A stretch of 64,000 nt of DNA from an uncultured candidate division Zixibacteria bacterium (lineage in GTDB: Bacteria; Zixibacteria; MSB-5A5; RBG-16-43-9). Where the stretch lies: the NCBI GenBank assembly GCA_963713865.1, contig OY970208.1, positions 736,001-800,000 on the forward strand. Direction: 5' to 3'. The notes beneath the pieces were generated by a model. It did not search any database. It saw only the letters and a list, made by a program, of their open reading frames with translations, and was not told the origin of the DNA. Position numbers and translations under genes: made by a program. Each line of letters opens with the position of its first letter. Within the stretch, counting starts at the first letter, position 1. Shown piece by piece: positions 20,305 through 31,930 of the stretch.

Positions 20305-20841
20305 TTATTTTGTAGTTTTTTTGACCTCTTCATCTTTCTTAAGGGCAATAAAATCATTAAGCTCTTTTTGGAAATTAGGAAGAAATTTTTCTTCTTCTTC
20401 ACAAAATTCCCAGACCGATTCGATCTCTTTAAATTCCTCTTTCCCTTTGAATAACTTCTTAAAGCCTAAAGCAGACCAGAAGATTTTATATTTTTTGGCG
20501 GTTGAAGAATCTTCATCTATATTGCATTCCTTGAAGATTATTCTTCGATCTTTGTATGGTTTTGAATAAAATTTCTCTAATCCCTTTTTGGAAAAATTGC
20601 CCACATTTATACAACAGGAACACCGAGCAGTGGGATGAAAATGAATAACCAGTAAACTGTCAAATCCCAGAATTAAAGTAGAATCTGCAACTTCTTTTCT
20701 TGTAGCATCGATCTTCTTTTGAGGAAAATTTGCCGATTTCTCTTTTTGTCCATAACTAACCGACCCTATTAACAAAAAAAGCAGAACTACAATTGAATGT
20801 AATTTGAAATTTCCTCTAAACATTTTAAAATAACGCTCCAA
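20305..20841 (-). CDS. Exported thioredoxin-fold protein, ArsF-like
   Basis: Signal peptide; HFHPTARCSCC resembles the YFH..RCxxC motif of this family; start uncertain. Confidence 0.6.
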   Translation of the reverse strand: MERYFKMFRGNFKLHSIVVLLFLLIGSVSYGQKEKSANFPQKKIDATRKEVADSTLILGFDSLLVIHFHPTARCSCCINVGNFSKKGLEKFYSKPYKDRRIIFKECNIDEDSSTAKKYKIFWSALGFKKLFKGKEEFKEIESVWEFCEEEEKFLPNFQKELNDFIALKKDEEVKKTTK

Positions 20842-21859
20842 AGACCATCCCGGTTATAGTTGCCATTATCATTACTAAGATAATGTAAGCCCCTGTTTTC
20901 CTCCACCCCATAATCCCGATTAGCACGATCATACTGGGAAGGCTCAAAGCCGGTCCGGCTAAAAGCAATGCCAGAGCGGGACCCCTGCCCATTCCTAAAT
21001 CCAGCAAAGCTTTTATGATGGGCACTTCGGTTAGAGTTGAAAAATACATAAAGGCACCGAAGATAGAAGCTATGAAATTCGCTCTTAATCCATTTCCGCC
21101 AACCAATTGTTCTACTATCTGTTGAGGAAGTAATATCTTCATCATCCCGGCAACGAAAACCCCGATTAGTAATATGGGAAAAATCTTTTTCCCTAAATCC
21201 CAAGTTTGAAAAAGCCAGTCTTTAAGCTCATCTTTTTTGAACCAGCGATAGAGGATTAAAAGTAAAGCGAGCAAAAGGATTCCAGTTACCAGCCATTTTT
21301 TTGATGCACCGAATACTAAAATTCCTACCAAGACAGCAAAATATAGAATCGTTATTCCCTCGTGTTTAGGTTTCTCGCTTTGAGGCAGAATCAATTCAGA
21401 AGCATTTTTTTCTTTTTCCAGTTCCTCTTTTCTCCAGATAAAAGCCATAATCAACCCGATTATGATTGAAAAAGATATAGCTCCCACTGCTCTGGCAAGT
21501 CCCAGATCAAATCCCAAAAGCCTGGCAGTATAGACAATGGCTAAAACATTAATAGCTGGACCGGAATATAGAAAAGCAATGGCCGGACCCAAGCCCGCAC
21601 CTCTTTTATGTATTCCAGCAAAAAGAGGTAAGATAGTGCAGGAACAGACCGCTAAGATTGCACCGGAAACTGAAGCGACACTATAGGCTAAAACCTTATT
21701 CGCCTGAGCACCGAAATATTTCATCACCGAAGCCTGGGAGACAAAGACTGCAATCGCGCCAGCGATGAAAAATGCCGGAACCAGACAGGTTAGAACGTGG
21801 GCGGAAAGATATTCCAAAAGTGCATTCCAACCGCCTGAAAGTATCTGGGTGAAATTCAT
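20825..21859 (-). CDS. Permease, ArsP/DUF318 family
   Basis: AVCSCTILPLF, FLYSGPAIN, MYFSTLTEVPI, GPALSLP motifs. Confidence 0.85.
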   Translation of the reverse strand: MNFTQILSGGWNALLEYLSAHVLTCLVPAFFIAGAIAVFVSQASVMKYFGAQANKVLAYSVASVSGAILAVCSCTILPLFAGIHKRGAGLGPAIAFLYSGPAINVLAIVYTARLLGFDLGLARAVGAISFSIIIGLIMAFIWRKEELEKEKNASELILPQSEKPKHEGITILYFAVLVGILVFGASKKWLVTGILLLALLLILYRWFKKDELKDWLFQTWDLGKKIFPILLIGVFVAGMMKILLPQQIVEQLVGGNGLRANFIASIFGAFMYFSTLTEVPIIKALLDLGMGRGPALALLLAGPALSLPSMIVLIGIMGWRKTGAYIILVMIMATITGMVFGALF

Positions 21860-21873
21860 AGATGTCTTTTTTT

Positions 21874-22260
21874 CTACTTTCTCAAAAACTCTTTTATTTT
21901 CTTCTCTATCTTGTCCCTTACTTCTTTAAACTTTTCTTTTGGCTTTTCTTTAGGGTCTTCGATCTCCCATTCAATCCTCTGTTTAGCCGGCACAAAAGGA
22001 CAAACATCACCACAACCCATAGTGACCATATAGTCAAAGTTAGTATAGGGCAAGTCCTTAAATCCTTTGGATTTTTGTTCAGAAATATCAATCCCTTTTT
22101 CTTTCATCACCTCAATCGCCAACTCATTGACTTTTCCGGAAGGATTTGAGCCGGCACTGAAGACCTCTATTTTATCCCTGCCATAGAATTTAGCAAACCC
22201 CTCTGCCATCTGGCTCCTGCAGGAGTTCTCAATGCAGACAAACAAAATCCTCGGCTTCAT
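21874..22260 (-). CDS. arsC: Arsenate reductase, thioredoxin-coupled LMW-PTP type
   Basis: ILFVCIENSCRSQMAEG and MGCGDVCP. Confidence 0.9.
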   Translation of the reverse strand: MKPRILFVCIENSCRSQMAEGFAKFYGRDKIEVFSAGSNPSGKVNELAIEVMKEKGIDISEQKSKGFKDLPYTNFDYMVTMGCGDVCPFVPAKQRIEWEIEDPKEKPKEKFKEVRDKIEKKIKEFLRK

Positions 22261-22269
22261 CTGTTACCT

Positions 22270-23319
<1,050 letters not shown>

Positions 23320-23349
23320 AAAGGAGATACTCCTGTTTTTTGATTGGAT

Positions 23350-23697
23350 TTATTTACATTTGTAGGCATATGCCTGAGAGAGTTTTTTCTTCAGTCTTTC
23401 TTCATCCTGTTTAACTGATTCACTATCAGGAAGAGCATTTTTAATAGTCTGAACTACGGACTTCTCAAAATCGTTCTGGGGCTTGAATAGAGAGTAAAAA
23501 ATCCATAAACCCTCTCTTCGGTCTTCTACTAAACCGGTTGAGCGAAGGATGGTTAGATGTCTGGAGACTTTGGACTGGGATAAATCTAAAGCAGCTTCCA
23601 GTTCGCACACGCACAGCTCCCTTTTCAAAAGAAGCTTCAAAATCCTCAGGCGGGTCTCGTCCCCTAAGGCTTTTAACATCTTAATTTGTATTTGCAT
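23350..23697 (-). CDS. arsR: ArsR/SmtB family repressor
   Basis: KALGDETRLRIL..ELCVCEL..SQSKVSRHL. Confidence 0.92.
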   Translation of the reverse strand: MQIQIKMLKALGDETRLRILKLLLKRELCVCELEAALDLSQSKVSRHLTILRSTGLVEDRREGLWIFYSLFKPQNDFEKSVVQTIKNALPDSESVKQDEERLKKKLSQAYAYKCK

Positions 23698-23710
23698 AGA
23701 ACTCCAGAAT

Positions 23711-23740
23711 TATATTCATATATTCGAATATACGGATATA
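23711..23740. promoter_or_regulatory. Putative ArsR operator
   Basis: Imperfect 30-bp palindrome TATATTCATATATTCGAATATACGGATATA just upstream of arsR. Confidence 0.65.
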
Positions 23741-23888
23741 ATATAGCTTTATTTATGTTTTTGTCAATAAAAAAACGAAAGTGTCGGACGCTGTCCCGTC
23801 CCTATAAAAGAATATTTCTGGAATTTTTTCATTTCCCTTCCCGTAAAATTTATTGTATCTTAAACAAAACTTTAAACCAGGAGCTGTT

Positions 23889-25732
23889 ATGAGAAAAAAG
23901 ATGACCTTACACTTGGTAACCATACTCCTTCTTCTTTTGACAAACTTGAGCTGGGGCATAACCGGGGAGGAGATACTTTCTAAGCATCTCTTAGCTTTAG
24001 GTGGAAAGGATAACCTCTTAAAAATCAAAACAACCTGTATAAAAGGAAAGGTCAATTATGGTGGACTGCAGGGTGAGTTCACTTCCTATTCTCAATTTCC
24101 TGATCTTTCCCGTCAGGATATTGATTTCAAAATGTTTCAGATGAGCACAGGTACAGATGGAAAGACCTACTGGTCAAAAGACCAGAACGGAAAGATAAAG
24201 CAGCTTGAGAAAATCGAGAGGTTTTATGCCTGGAGCGAAACCTATTTTTCAAATTACCTTTATTTCTTCCCGGAGCAATATAAAAGGGAGCTAAATTACT
24301 TAGGAGAAGAGAAGGATAGTTCAAATCAGTACTACATCATGGAGATAAAGCCAGAAGACGGTAATCCACGCAAACTTTTCATAAATAAAGACACATATCT
24401 CTTAGATAAATACCAGCAGAAGATGGATATAGATATCACCACCTCTTATCTAACCGACTATCGCGAGATCGAGGGGATAAAAATACCCTTTCATACCCGG
24501 GTGACCACTGGAAAACCCCAGTATGATGTTGAGATTGAAATAACTGATCTAAAATTCAATTCGGAAGTTGATCCCTCGATTTTCCAGATGCCTCAGGAGA
24601 AGGTTGAAGATTATTCCTTCTCCACTCCGGATAAAAAAACCACTATCCCTTTTGAACTGACTAACAATCATATCTATGTCAATGTTTTAGTCAACGGGAA
24701 AGACTCAGCTTATTTTGTCCTGGATACTGGCGCAGGCGCTCTTGTATCGATTTAACCTTCGCCAAAAATATCGGTTTAGAAGCAGTCGGTAAATTCGAAG
24801 CCAAGGGGGTAGGAGGTTCGGAAGATGCTGGTTTTCTGGAAATCCAATCATTGGAATTAGAGGGTTTGAAAATGTCCAAGCAGAAACTGGTCAGTCTTAA
24901 TATTAGTCCTATGGAAATATATGAAGGCAGGGAGATGAACGGGATTTTGGGTTATGATTTCCTGAGCCGGTTTGTCTTTGAGATAGACTATCAGAATAAT
25001 AAAATCACCTTCTATGATCCGAAAATATTCAATTATAACGGGAGAGGTGAGACTTTAGAGTTAGATCTATATGGAAATACTCCTCATATCAAAGGGATTA
25101 TAGATGGAAAATATGAAGGGTTATTCACCCTGGATACCGGCTCAAGGAAGAGCTTAGACCTTAATGCCCCTTTTGTTCAGGAATATGAATTTTTGAAAAA
25201 ATATCCAAAAGCTATCGAGGCTTTCGCCGGTGCAGGAATCGGAGGACAGACCAAATCTCTTCAAACCAGGATAAAATCGATACAAATAGGGAACTTCCTG
25301 ATAAAGGAGCCAATCACTGGTCTGAGCTTGGCAGAAGAGGGTGCCTTTAAAAGCGAAAAAACCCAGGGGAATATCGGCGGTGGAATTTTAAAAAGGTTCA
25401 AAGTTATATTCGATTACGAGCATAAAAAGGTGATCCTGGAGAAGAACGATTTGCTTGAGCAGAAGGATGAGTTAGATAAAAGCGGTATGATGGTTATCTG
25501 GAAGGATGGGAAATTCATAATCAATCAGATATACAAAGGGACACCGGCTGAAAAAGCCAAAATTGAAATAGGGGAAGAGATAATCTCCGTAAACGACGAG
25601 CCGGTTTACAAATACAGTTTAAGCCAGCTGAGGGACCTGTTTTTAAGCAAAGATGGGACTAAGATAAAATTACAGCTTAAGAAAGACGATAAGTTAAAAG
25701 AAGTTTCCTTTAAGCTCAAGAGCTTGATTTAA
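23889..25732 (+). pseudogene. Exported protein with two retropepsin-like aspartyl protease domains and a PDZ domain, frameshifted near 24740
   Basis: FVLDTGAG at the end of ORF 23853..24755 continues in another frame as SCIDLTFAKNIG.. into ORF 24851..25732 (LDTGS, GNIGG, PDZ); pseudogene or sequence error. Confidence 0.75.
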
Positions 25733-25734
25733 TG

Positions 25735-25796
25735 GTAGGGGCACGTTGCAACGTGCCCCTACAGAAAAGTAGAGACGCTTAGCAATGCGTCTCTAC
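25735..25796. repeat. Pair of GTAG-type REP-like palindromes
   Basis: GTAGGGGCACGTTGCAACGTGCCCCTACA and GTAGAGACGCTTAGCAATGCGTCTCTAC; the latter also at ~5449-5475. Confidence 0.7.
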
Positions 25797-25799
25797 TTT

Positions 25800-27509
25800 T
25801 TATATATTCTCTTTAAACAGAAACCTTTTTATCTTCCTTGTCGAGGTCTTCTCAAACTCCTCTTTTCTAATCTGGAAATGCTTCACCCGTTTATAATCTG
25901 CAATTCCCTCACAGCATCTGGTTATCTCATCTTTAAACAAAAGTCTCATCTTCTCCTCATCCCGGATTTGGTCTCCTGAGATTTGCTGGAGATACTCATA
26001 ATTCGGAACTATTATTGCCTCTACCTCTTCCACTCCTTCAGAAACTTTTTTCCCTAAGATTAAAGCCTCTAAGATAAAAGGTGACTGCAGGAGCTGGTTT
26101 TCTATCTCTTCCGGATAAATATTCTTCCCGGCGCTTGAAACGATAACGTTCTTTTTTCTGCCAGCTATATAATAATACCCTTCCCTATCTTTCCAGCCTA
26201 AATCGCCAGTGCAAAGCCAGCCATTTTTTAAGATTTTATCTGTCTCTTCTTGATTATTATAATAACCTTTCATAACCATATCCCCTTTAGCTAAGATTTC
26301 ACCTACTCCATCCTTATTCGGTTCTAAAATCTTAAGCTCTGCACCGGGGATGGATTTGCCCACAGATGAATACTTAGGTTTAGAATAAGGACTCAAAGTC
26401 AGAACCGGTGAAGATTCGGTTAAGCCATAGCCCTGGAGAAACTTGATACCTAAAAGGTCGAAACATTCCGGGATTACAGCAGGAAGAGGAGCCGCTCCGC
26501 AGACTAAAATCCTTAAACTGGAGAGCCCGGCTTTTTCCCTTAATCCTTTGAAAACAATTTTACCAAAATTTATTCCAGTGATTTTTTTGAAGACTTTTAC
26601 AAAATTAAAGCTGAGTTTAAAAGAAGCACGAGCTAAAATAGATTTTTTCTGGATATTTTTTCTTAAACCGGTGAAAAGCTTCTCATATAGAAGTGGAACT
26701 CCAATTAAAAGAGTAGCTCCAGCATTCTTTATATCCTCTAAAATTTCCTTGGACTTCAAACTCCGTGCATAGGTAACCCTTGACCCGCCGGAAAGCGGGA
26801 TGAGCAGTCCCGCAGTACATTCCAGGGTATGATGCAGAGGAAGAACCGAGAGGAAATTATCCTCGGGAAAAAGCTCTAAAGCTTCTTTTGTCCCCCAAAC
26901 ATCAGAAAGAATATTCTTATGAGTGAGCATCACTCCTTTTGATTTTCCGGTCGTGCCTGAGGTATAAATTATAACTGCAACATCATCGGGGAGAACTTCG
27001 GGCAGCTCGGATTTATTTTCATCACCTTTGGCCAAAACTTCTGCAAAAGAAAATATCCCTTTCTCTTTCTTCTTGTCCATACATATAAGAAACTCAAAGT
27101 CAGGTATATTTCTTGAGGTTTTAAATATATCCGTAATAAATTTCCCTGAGGTAACCAGCCCTTTCATTCCAGAATCTTTGATCAGAATTTCTAATTCCGA
27201 ACATTTCAATAATGGATCCAAAGGCACAACTGTTCCGCCTGAATTTAGAATTCCCAGATAGGCAATCCCCCATTCAGGACGATTCTCAGAAAGGAGTCCT
27301 ACCTTATCACCCTTATTTATACCTAAGGAGTTTAAACCTCTGGCAAAAACATTTACCTTACTTTCAAGTTCTGCATAAGTACAGGAGTAAAATTTCCCAT
27401 CTTTCCAGGCAGATAAAGCTATGGAATTTGAAAAAAGTCCAGCACTCCTTTTAAGCATCTGGGGAATAGTCAAATCTTTTAGCTCTTTTTTATTCCAGTT
27501 GCTACTCAT
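25800..27509 (-). CDS. Long-chain fatty acid-CoA ligase (AMP-binding)
   Basis: YTSGTTGKSKG, QGYGLTE, TGDLG, GKNIYPEEIE; ATG 27509 preferred. Confidence 0.9.
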   Translation of the reverse strand: MSSNWNKKELKDLTIPQMLKRSAGLFSNSIALSAWKDGKFYSCTYAELESKVNVFARGLNSLGINKGDKVGLLSENRPEWGIAYLGILNSGGTVVPLDPLLKCSELEILIKDSGMKGLVTSGKFITDIFKTSRNIPDFEFLICMDKKKEKGIFSFAEVLAKGDENKSELPEVLPDDVAVIIYTSGTTGKSKGVMLTHKNILSDVWGTKEALELFPEDNFLSVLPLHHTLECTAGLLIPLSGGSRVTYARSLKSKEILEDIKNAGATLLIGVPLLYEKLFTGLRKNIQKKSILARASFKLSFNFVKVFKKITGINFGKIVFKGLREKAGLSSLRILVCGAAPLPAVIPECFDLLGIKFLQGYGLTESSPVLTLSPYSKPKYSSVGKSIPGAELKILEPNKDGVGEILAKGDMVMKGYYNNQEETDKILKNGWLCTGDLGWKDREGYYYIAGRKKNVIVSSAGKNIYPEEIENQLLQSPFILEALILGKKVSEGVEEVEAIIVPNYEYLQQISGDQIRDEEKMRLLFKDEITRCCEGIADYKRVKHFQIRKEEFEKTSTRKIKRFLFKENI

Positions 27510-27617
27510 ATCTTCATAACTTTTAAAATACCTGACCCACGTTGAGGGCAACGTGGGTATACTGTTACTTATAGGTATCCCCACCTTACCCACAAGGCAG
27601 GTCATGCTTCAATAGTA

Positions 27618-28145
27618 TCAATCGATTAAAATCAAAGAACAAAACTTACACCCTTCTTCATAAGATTTAACAACTTTCAATTCATAACCTGTATTTGCCA
27701 GAGTCTGATAAACATCAATCCCGCAAGCCTCCATTGAGGGGCGGGCAAGATCCTCAAATTTGCAGGGGTAGGAAAGGTTACACACTTTGCACAGATTACA
27801 GGGACCGCAAGCCATCCCAAAAGCTTTATAATGACCATCTAAAAATATTTCCCTTTCTATTTTCGCAACATCCCTTCTGAGTTTCTTTCTCAAGTTTCTC
27901 TCATTTCTTTCAGGGTGAATATCATAAATCATAATCAGAGCTTGAGAATAATCTTTGAGCATCCTATTAGTTTGTTCTGGAGTTGGTGAATAAGGCGGGC
28001 AGGTCAAGCAAGTTCCATACCGGTTACAGCCGTATTGACATTTCAATCTCACCAACTCCGCAGTAACCACATTTTCAGGGTTCATAATTTTTACCCAGGC
28101 TGCCCCTGATTTTTTTGCCAGGTCAAGATATTTTTTGTATTTCAT
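27618..28145 (-). CDS. DUF2284 Cys-rich metal-binding protein
   Basis: KCQYGC..YG.CLTCPP, CGPCNLC..C and ARPSMEACGIDV. Confidence 0.8.
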   Translation of the reverse strand: MKYKKYLDLAKKSGAAWVKIMNPENVVTAELVRLKCQYGCNRYGTCLTCPPYSPTPEQTNRMLKDYSQALIMIYDIHPERNERNLRKKLRRDVAKIEREIFLDGHYKAFGMACGPCNLCKVCNLSYPCKFEDLARPSMEACGIDVYQTLANTGYELKVVKSYEEGCKFCSLILID

Positions 28146-28278
28146 AAGATTGAACCCAGGTTGAGAGCAACCTGGGTTTACCATTTTAGAATGACGGATT
28201 CATTTCTGTTTGACACATCGAATCCTTCATATCTATTTGTAGGGGCGGGGTCACCCCGCCCCTACAGTATGAAAGAGC

Positions 28279-29778
28279 CTATTTAAAAAGCTCTGAAGCT
28301 TTAATAACCGTTATATCTTCAGGTTTGATTTTAAGGTCAAAGGCTTTGATTATTTCATCCTCTTCTTTGAGCAAAGCACCTCCTGCCCCTGAAGGATACT
28401 CGATCACGGTTTTATCCGAGAGCAGTTCTTTTTTGAAATCGTCTGCATTGCTGACTATCGCTACTATAATTAAATCTTCCGGGAAGTTATATTTCTTCAG
28501 ATCCTGGTTTACCTGAGCTGAGGTAACATTTTTCATCTTTCTCTCGAAATTATCCACAAATCCGTAGTTACCATAAAATTCCTCATTCATCAACTGTCCC
28601 AATTTCCTCTGCGGAGTCTCGATCTCGAAGGGGAAATGGTTGATCTCGAAACTCTTATATCTCTCCAATTCTTTTTCCGGAACCCCGTTTTCAACCAGAT
28701 CGGTTAGGTCTTTCAAAACCAGTTTCATGGCAAATTTCCCATTTATCCTTTTGGGATAAGTCCAGATGCTGAAATATTGATCGTGTCTCGGGGTATTGGG
28801 AGAAGCTAAATTAGACCAGCCTGCTTGCTGAAAATACTCCATATAGCTATAAGCGCCATAGCTTAAACCATGTGCAGTCCTGACTGTGCGGAATAAAACC
28901 CCGAACTGTTCACGGTGTTTTCCAAAATAGGTATTTGCCACATAAAGGGGGAAAAAGATTTTTTCATCTTTTCGGTTGAAACTAAGTGGCTGTCCAAAAC
29001 AGAGCTGGGTTTGATCCCTTCCTTCTTTTTCAATCAAAAATAGCTTTCTACCTTTAAGAGGCTGAACTACTCTTTCCGGATGAGTAACTTCACCCTCTTT
29101 CAACCCGGAAAAATCTTTTCTCACCTTATCAACCAGGTTCTGGTCAATATCCCCGGCTAATCCTATGATCAGGTTATTTTTTACAAAATTGGCATTATAG
29201 AAATTCTGAACGTCTTCTTTGGTAAATCCCTTAATAGCGGACAGGTTTCCAACTGGTGGATGACCATAAGGATGCTCTTTATAGATAAAATCCTGCAAGC
29301 ATTCTTTTACTAATTCCGCATCATCCTGCACCAGCATATTTATTCCGTCTTCCTGGTCTTTTTTCTGTTTCTCTATCTCTACTTCCGGAAATGTTGGTTT
29401 TAACAAAACCTCAGAAAAAAGCGGAAAGAATTTATCTAAGTTTTCCTTCAAAGTAGTTCCGCTTATCACTATTGCCTCTTTATCCACTTCAACATTTATT
29501 CCAGCGCTCAGAAAATCCAAAAGATCCTCGATCTGTTCACGGTTATATGACTGAGTTCCTTTTTTCAAGAGGGAAAAGGTGAAATCAGCTAAGCCCTCTT
29601 TCCCCTGAGGGTCATCGGCTGAGCCGGAGAAAACCATCACCTGGAAATGAACCACCGGTATCCCCGGTTTTTTTACTTCAAGAATTTTGAGCTTCGTGGT
29701 TTTACCACAACCCAGCGAAAAAACTAATAAAAATATCATTAAACCTAAGAGTAAAACTTTTAATCTCAGATTTCTCAT
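28279..29778 (-). CDS. M16 (pitrilysin/insulinase) peptidase, non-catalytic subunit, lipoprotein
   Basis: Lipobox-like LGC; GSADDP..KEGLA lacking HxxEH; R..HGLSYG motif. Confidence 0.85.
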   Translation of the reverse strand: MRNLRLKVLLLGLMIFLLVFSLGCGKTTKLKILEVKKPGIPVVHFQVMVFSGSADDPQGKEGLADFTFSLLKKGTQSYNREQIEDLLDFLSAGINVEVDKEAIVISGTTLKENLDKFFPLFSEVLLKPTFPEVEIEKQKKDQEDGINMLVQDDAELVKECLQDFIYKEHPYGHPPVGNLSAIKGFTKEDVQNFYNANFVKNNLIIGLAGDIDQNLVDKVRKDFSGLKEGEVTHPERVVQPLKGRKLFLIEKEGRDQTQLCFGQPLSFNRKDEKIFFPLYVANTYFGKHREQFGVLFRTVRTAHGLSYGAYSYMEYFQQAGWSNLASPNTPRHDQYFSIWTYPKRINGKFAMKLVLKDLTDLVENGVPEKELERYKSFEINHFPFEIETPQRKLGQLMNEEFYGNYGFVDNFERKMKNVTSAQVNQDLKKYNFPEDLIIVAIVSNADDFKKELLSDKTVIEYPSGAGGALLKEEDEIIKAFDLKIKPEDITVIKASELFK

Positions 29779-29811
29779 CTTTATTCCTCCATTAATTTTA
29801 GAATTGCTTGA

Positions 29812-31152
29812 TTACTTTTTAGGAATCAGAGTAAGAACAGTCCGGTTCTCAGGTGTAAAATATTTCTTTGTAACTTCCTGAATTATTTCCGGGGTAACCT
29901 CTTTAAATTTCTTTTGAATCTCAAAAAGGAGATTATAATCCCCGCCGGTCAACTGATAATGCCCGATGGTATAAGCAACTGATAAGGGACTCTCCATCCG
30001 ATAGACCATCTCGGCTTTCACGGAGTTTTTTGCCTTCTGTAGCTCTTCATCGGTCACTGGGTCACTTTTTAATTTATCGAGCTCCTCCAAGATCAGAGAT
30101 TTTACTTCATCTAACGATTTTCCTCTTTTCAGAGAGGCGCGGATGACAAAGAGACCAGGATCCTTTCTATCATCCATATCGCCTGAGATATGCTCAACCA
30201 ATTGCAAGTCCTGGTAAAGTTTTTTAGTAATTCTGCCTGAGGACATAAACATAATCCGGCTGATTAAATGCAATGCGCAGAAATCGTAATCTTTTAACTC
30301 AAAACTCGGTCCGTGAAAAGCCAAAAGAAGCTTGGGCGAGACCTGACTATCCTTCCAGACATAATTTCTTACCCTCTCCTTAACCTGTTGAGGTTCAGCC
30401 GGGATATTAATCTCCGGAGCAGGTGATTTCTCCCAGTCTCCGTAATATTTTTTTATAAGCTCCAATACCTTCGGAGTGTCGAAATTTCCAGTTACGATTA
30501 TAGTGGTATATGCGGGTGAATAGAAATTCTTTTTGAAATCCAAGCCATCTTGAAGTTTAATATTTTTCTCTAAATCCTCCTCAAAACCTATTACCGGATG
30601 ATGATAAGGATGAACCTGATAAGCAAGCTGAACCAGCTCATCGCTTAAAAAACCATCCGGGTCATCTACATCAAACCTTCTTCTCTCCTCTTTAACCGGA
30701 CCCATCTCCGTGCGAAAAGTCTCGTTGGTAAAGATCAGATTCCTTAACCTGTCAGCCTCAATCGGGATTATGTCTTTTAAGTAATCTTTTTTCACTATCA
30801 CAAAATAGTTAGTATAATCTTCATCCGTAGAGGCATTGGTTCCGGCGCCGAAAGAGGCAACCGCATCGTGATAGACCGGGTATTTTTCAGTCCCCCGGAA
30901 CATCATATGCTCGAAGATATGAGCCAAACCGGTAGTTCCAGGCTTTTCCTCCCTGGAACCAGCATTTATAAAAGTTATATAGCAAACCGTAGGAGCTGAC
31001 TTATCCTCACAGGTTAAGATGGTCAAACCGTTATCCAGGACATTTTTCTGGATATTCAATTTTATCTCTTGAGCCTGCACAGGTATAATTGAAATAAAAG
31101 CCAGCAAGAGCAAAGAAAAAACAAGGGTGATAAAACTTTGTTTCTTGATCAT
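29812..31152 (-). CDS. M16 peptidase, catalytic subunit
   Basis: GLAHIFEHMMFRGT (HxxEH), NAST, EERR, HPYHHPVIG. Confidence 0.92.
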   Translation of the reverse strand: MIKKQSFITLVFSLLLLAFISIIPVQAQEIKLNIQKNVLDNGLTILTCEDKSAPTVCYITFINAGSREEKPGTTGLAHIFEHMMFRGTEKYPVYHDAVASFGAGTNASTDEDYTNYFVIVKKDYLKDIIPIEADRLRNLIFTNETFRTEMGPVKEERRRFDVDDPDGFLSDELVQLAYQVHPYHHPVIGFEEDLEKNIKLQDGLDFKKNFYSPAYTTIIVTGNFDTPKVLELIKKYYGDWEKSPAPEINIPAEPQQVKERVRNYVWKDSQVSPKLLLAFHGPSFELKDYDFCALHLISRIMFMSSGRITKKLYQDLQLVEHISGDMDDRKDPGLFVIRASLKRGKSLDEVKSLILEELDKLKSDPVTDEELQKAKNSVKAEMVYRMESPLSVAYTIGHYQLTGGDYNLLFEIQKKFKEVTPEIIQEVTKKYFTPENRTVLTLIPKK

Positions 31153-31476
31153 ATCCTCTCCTTATCTAGATATTTAGAGGGTATAGGTTTTCACCTGACA
31201 TCTGATTATTTAATCTATCAGGCTCGATTTGTCAAATGATTTCTCTACAAATGTTATTGCAAGATTAAAATGTCCTGTTAGCATGTTTTAGTTAAGTGTA
31301 AATACATATGGTTTTTGCGCTTCTTCCACCTGACCTGCTCCCGCATTTTGCGGGATCGGGTCGGTGGACCCGACAGGTACAAGGATATTTAGATACAGTG
31401 AAAATAATGCTCAAAGGAGGTGAGTTTTTGTAGACCCGATTTCAAATCTCATCGGGGAGATTCCCAAGAAAAATAA

Positions 31477-31504
31477 TTGACAAGATAGCATAAATAATTA
31501 TAAT
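31477..31504 (+). promoter_or_regulatory. Consensus sigma-70 promoter of integron unit 2
   Basis: TTGACA-16 bp-TATAAT; homologous copy on the minus strand at 59743-59770. Confidence 0.75.
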
Positions 31505-31659
31505 GCTGTATATGAATATAATAAATTTCTGTGAAAGTCGGGCTACAGAACACTGTTCATTTGTCAGGTGCGCAGGGCACGTGACCTGAGAGGCTTAGGT
31601 CCAAGAACCGTAAAACGCCCAGAAAGTTTATACGGAAGGGAAAAAACTCTATTTACCGG

Positions 31660-31884
31660 TTTATACAGCCTGTATAAGCCGGAGAGTAATGAAGCAAGAG
31701 AATCATGTCTCAAGATCCAGAATTCGGACAAGACACTAATATTAGGTCCGAATTTGACATTTGACTCAGATGAGGATCCTGTGGACAAGTTAAAACACTT
31801 GGCTTTGTTTTTAAACGACGTATTATACAGAAACGAGCAGCCCGTCTTTGTAGACTTATATGGACTGCATAATCATAGTTAGGC
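31660..31884 (+). mobile_element. attI-containing leader, integron unit 2 (no intact integrase)
   Basis: Homologous to the minus-strand segment 59182-59368; ends TGCATAAT-CATA-GTTAGGC, where homology stops. Confidence 0.75.
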
Positions 31885-31930
31885 CGCAATTCACACACTA
31901 TATTAATTACTTAATCGGAGTGATAGGTAA

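Noticed and set aside
31564-31898. ORFs of 104, 74 and 62 aa as genes
   Set aside because: They overlie the attI leader, whose second copy has indels. At most LRGLGPRTVK is a weak recombinase N-terminal trace.
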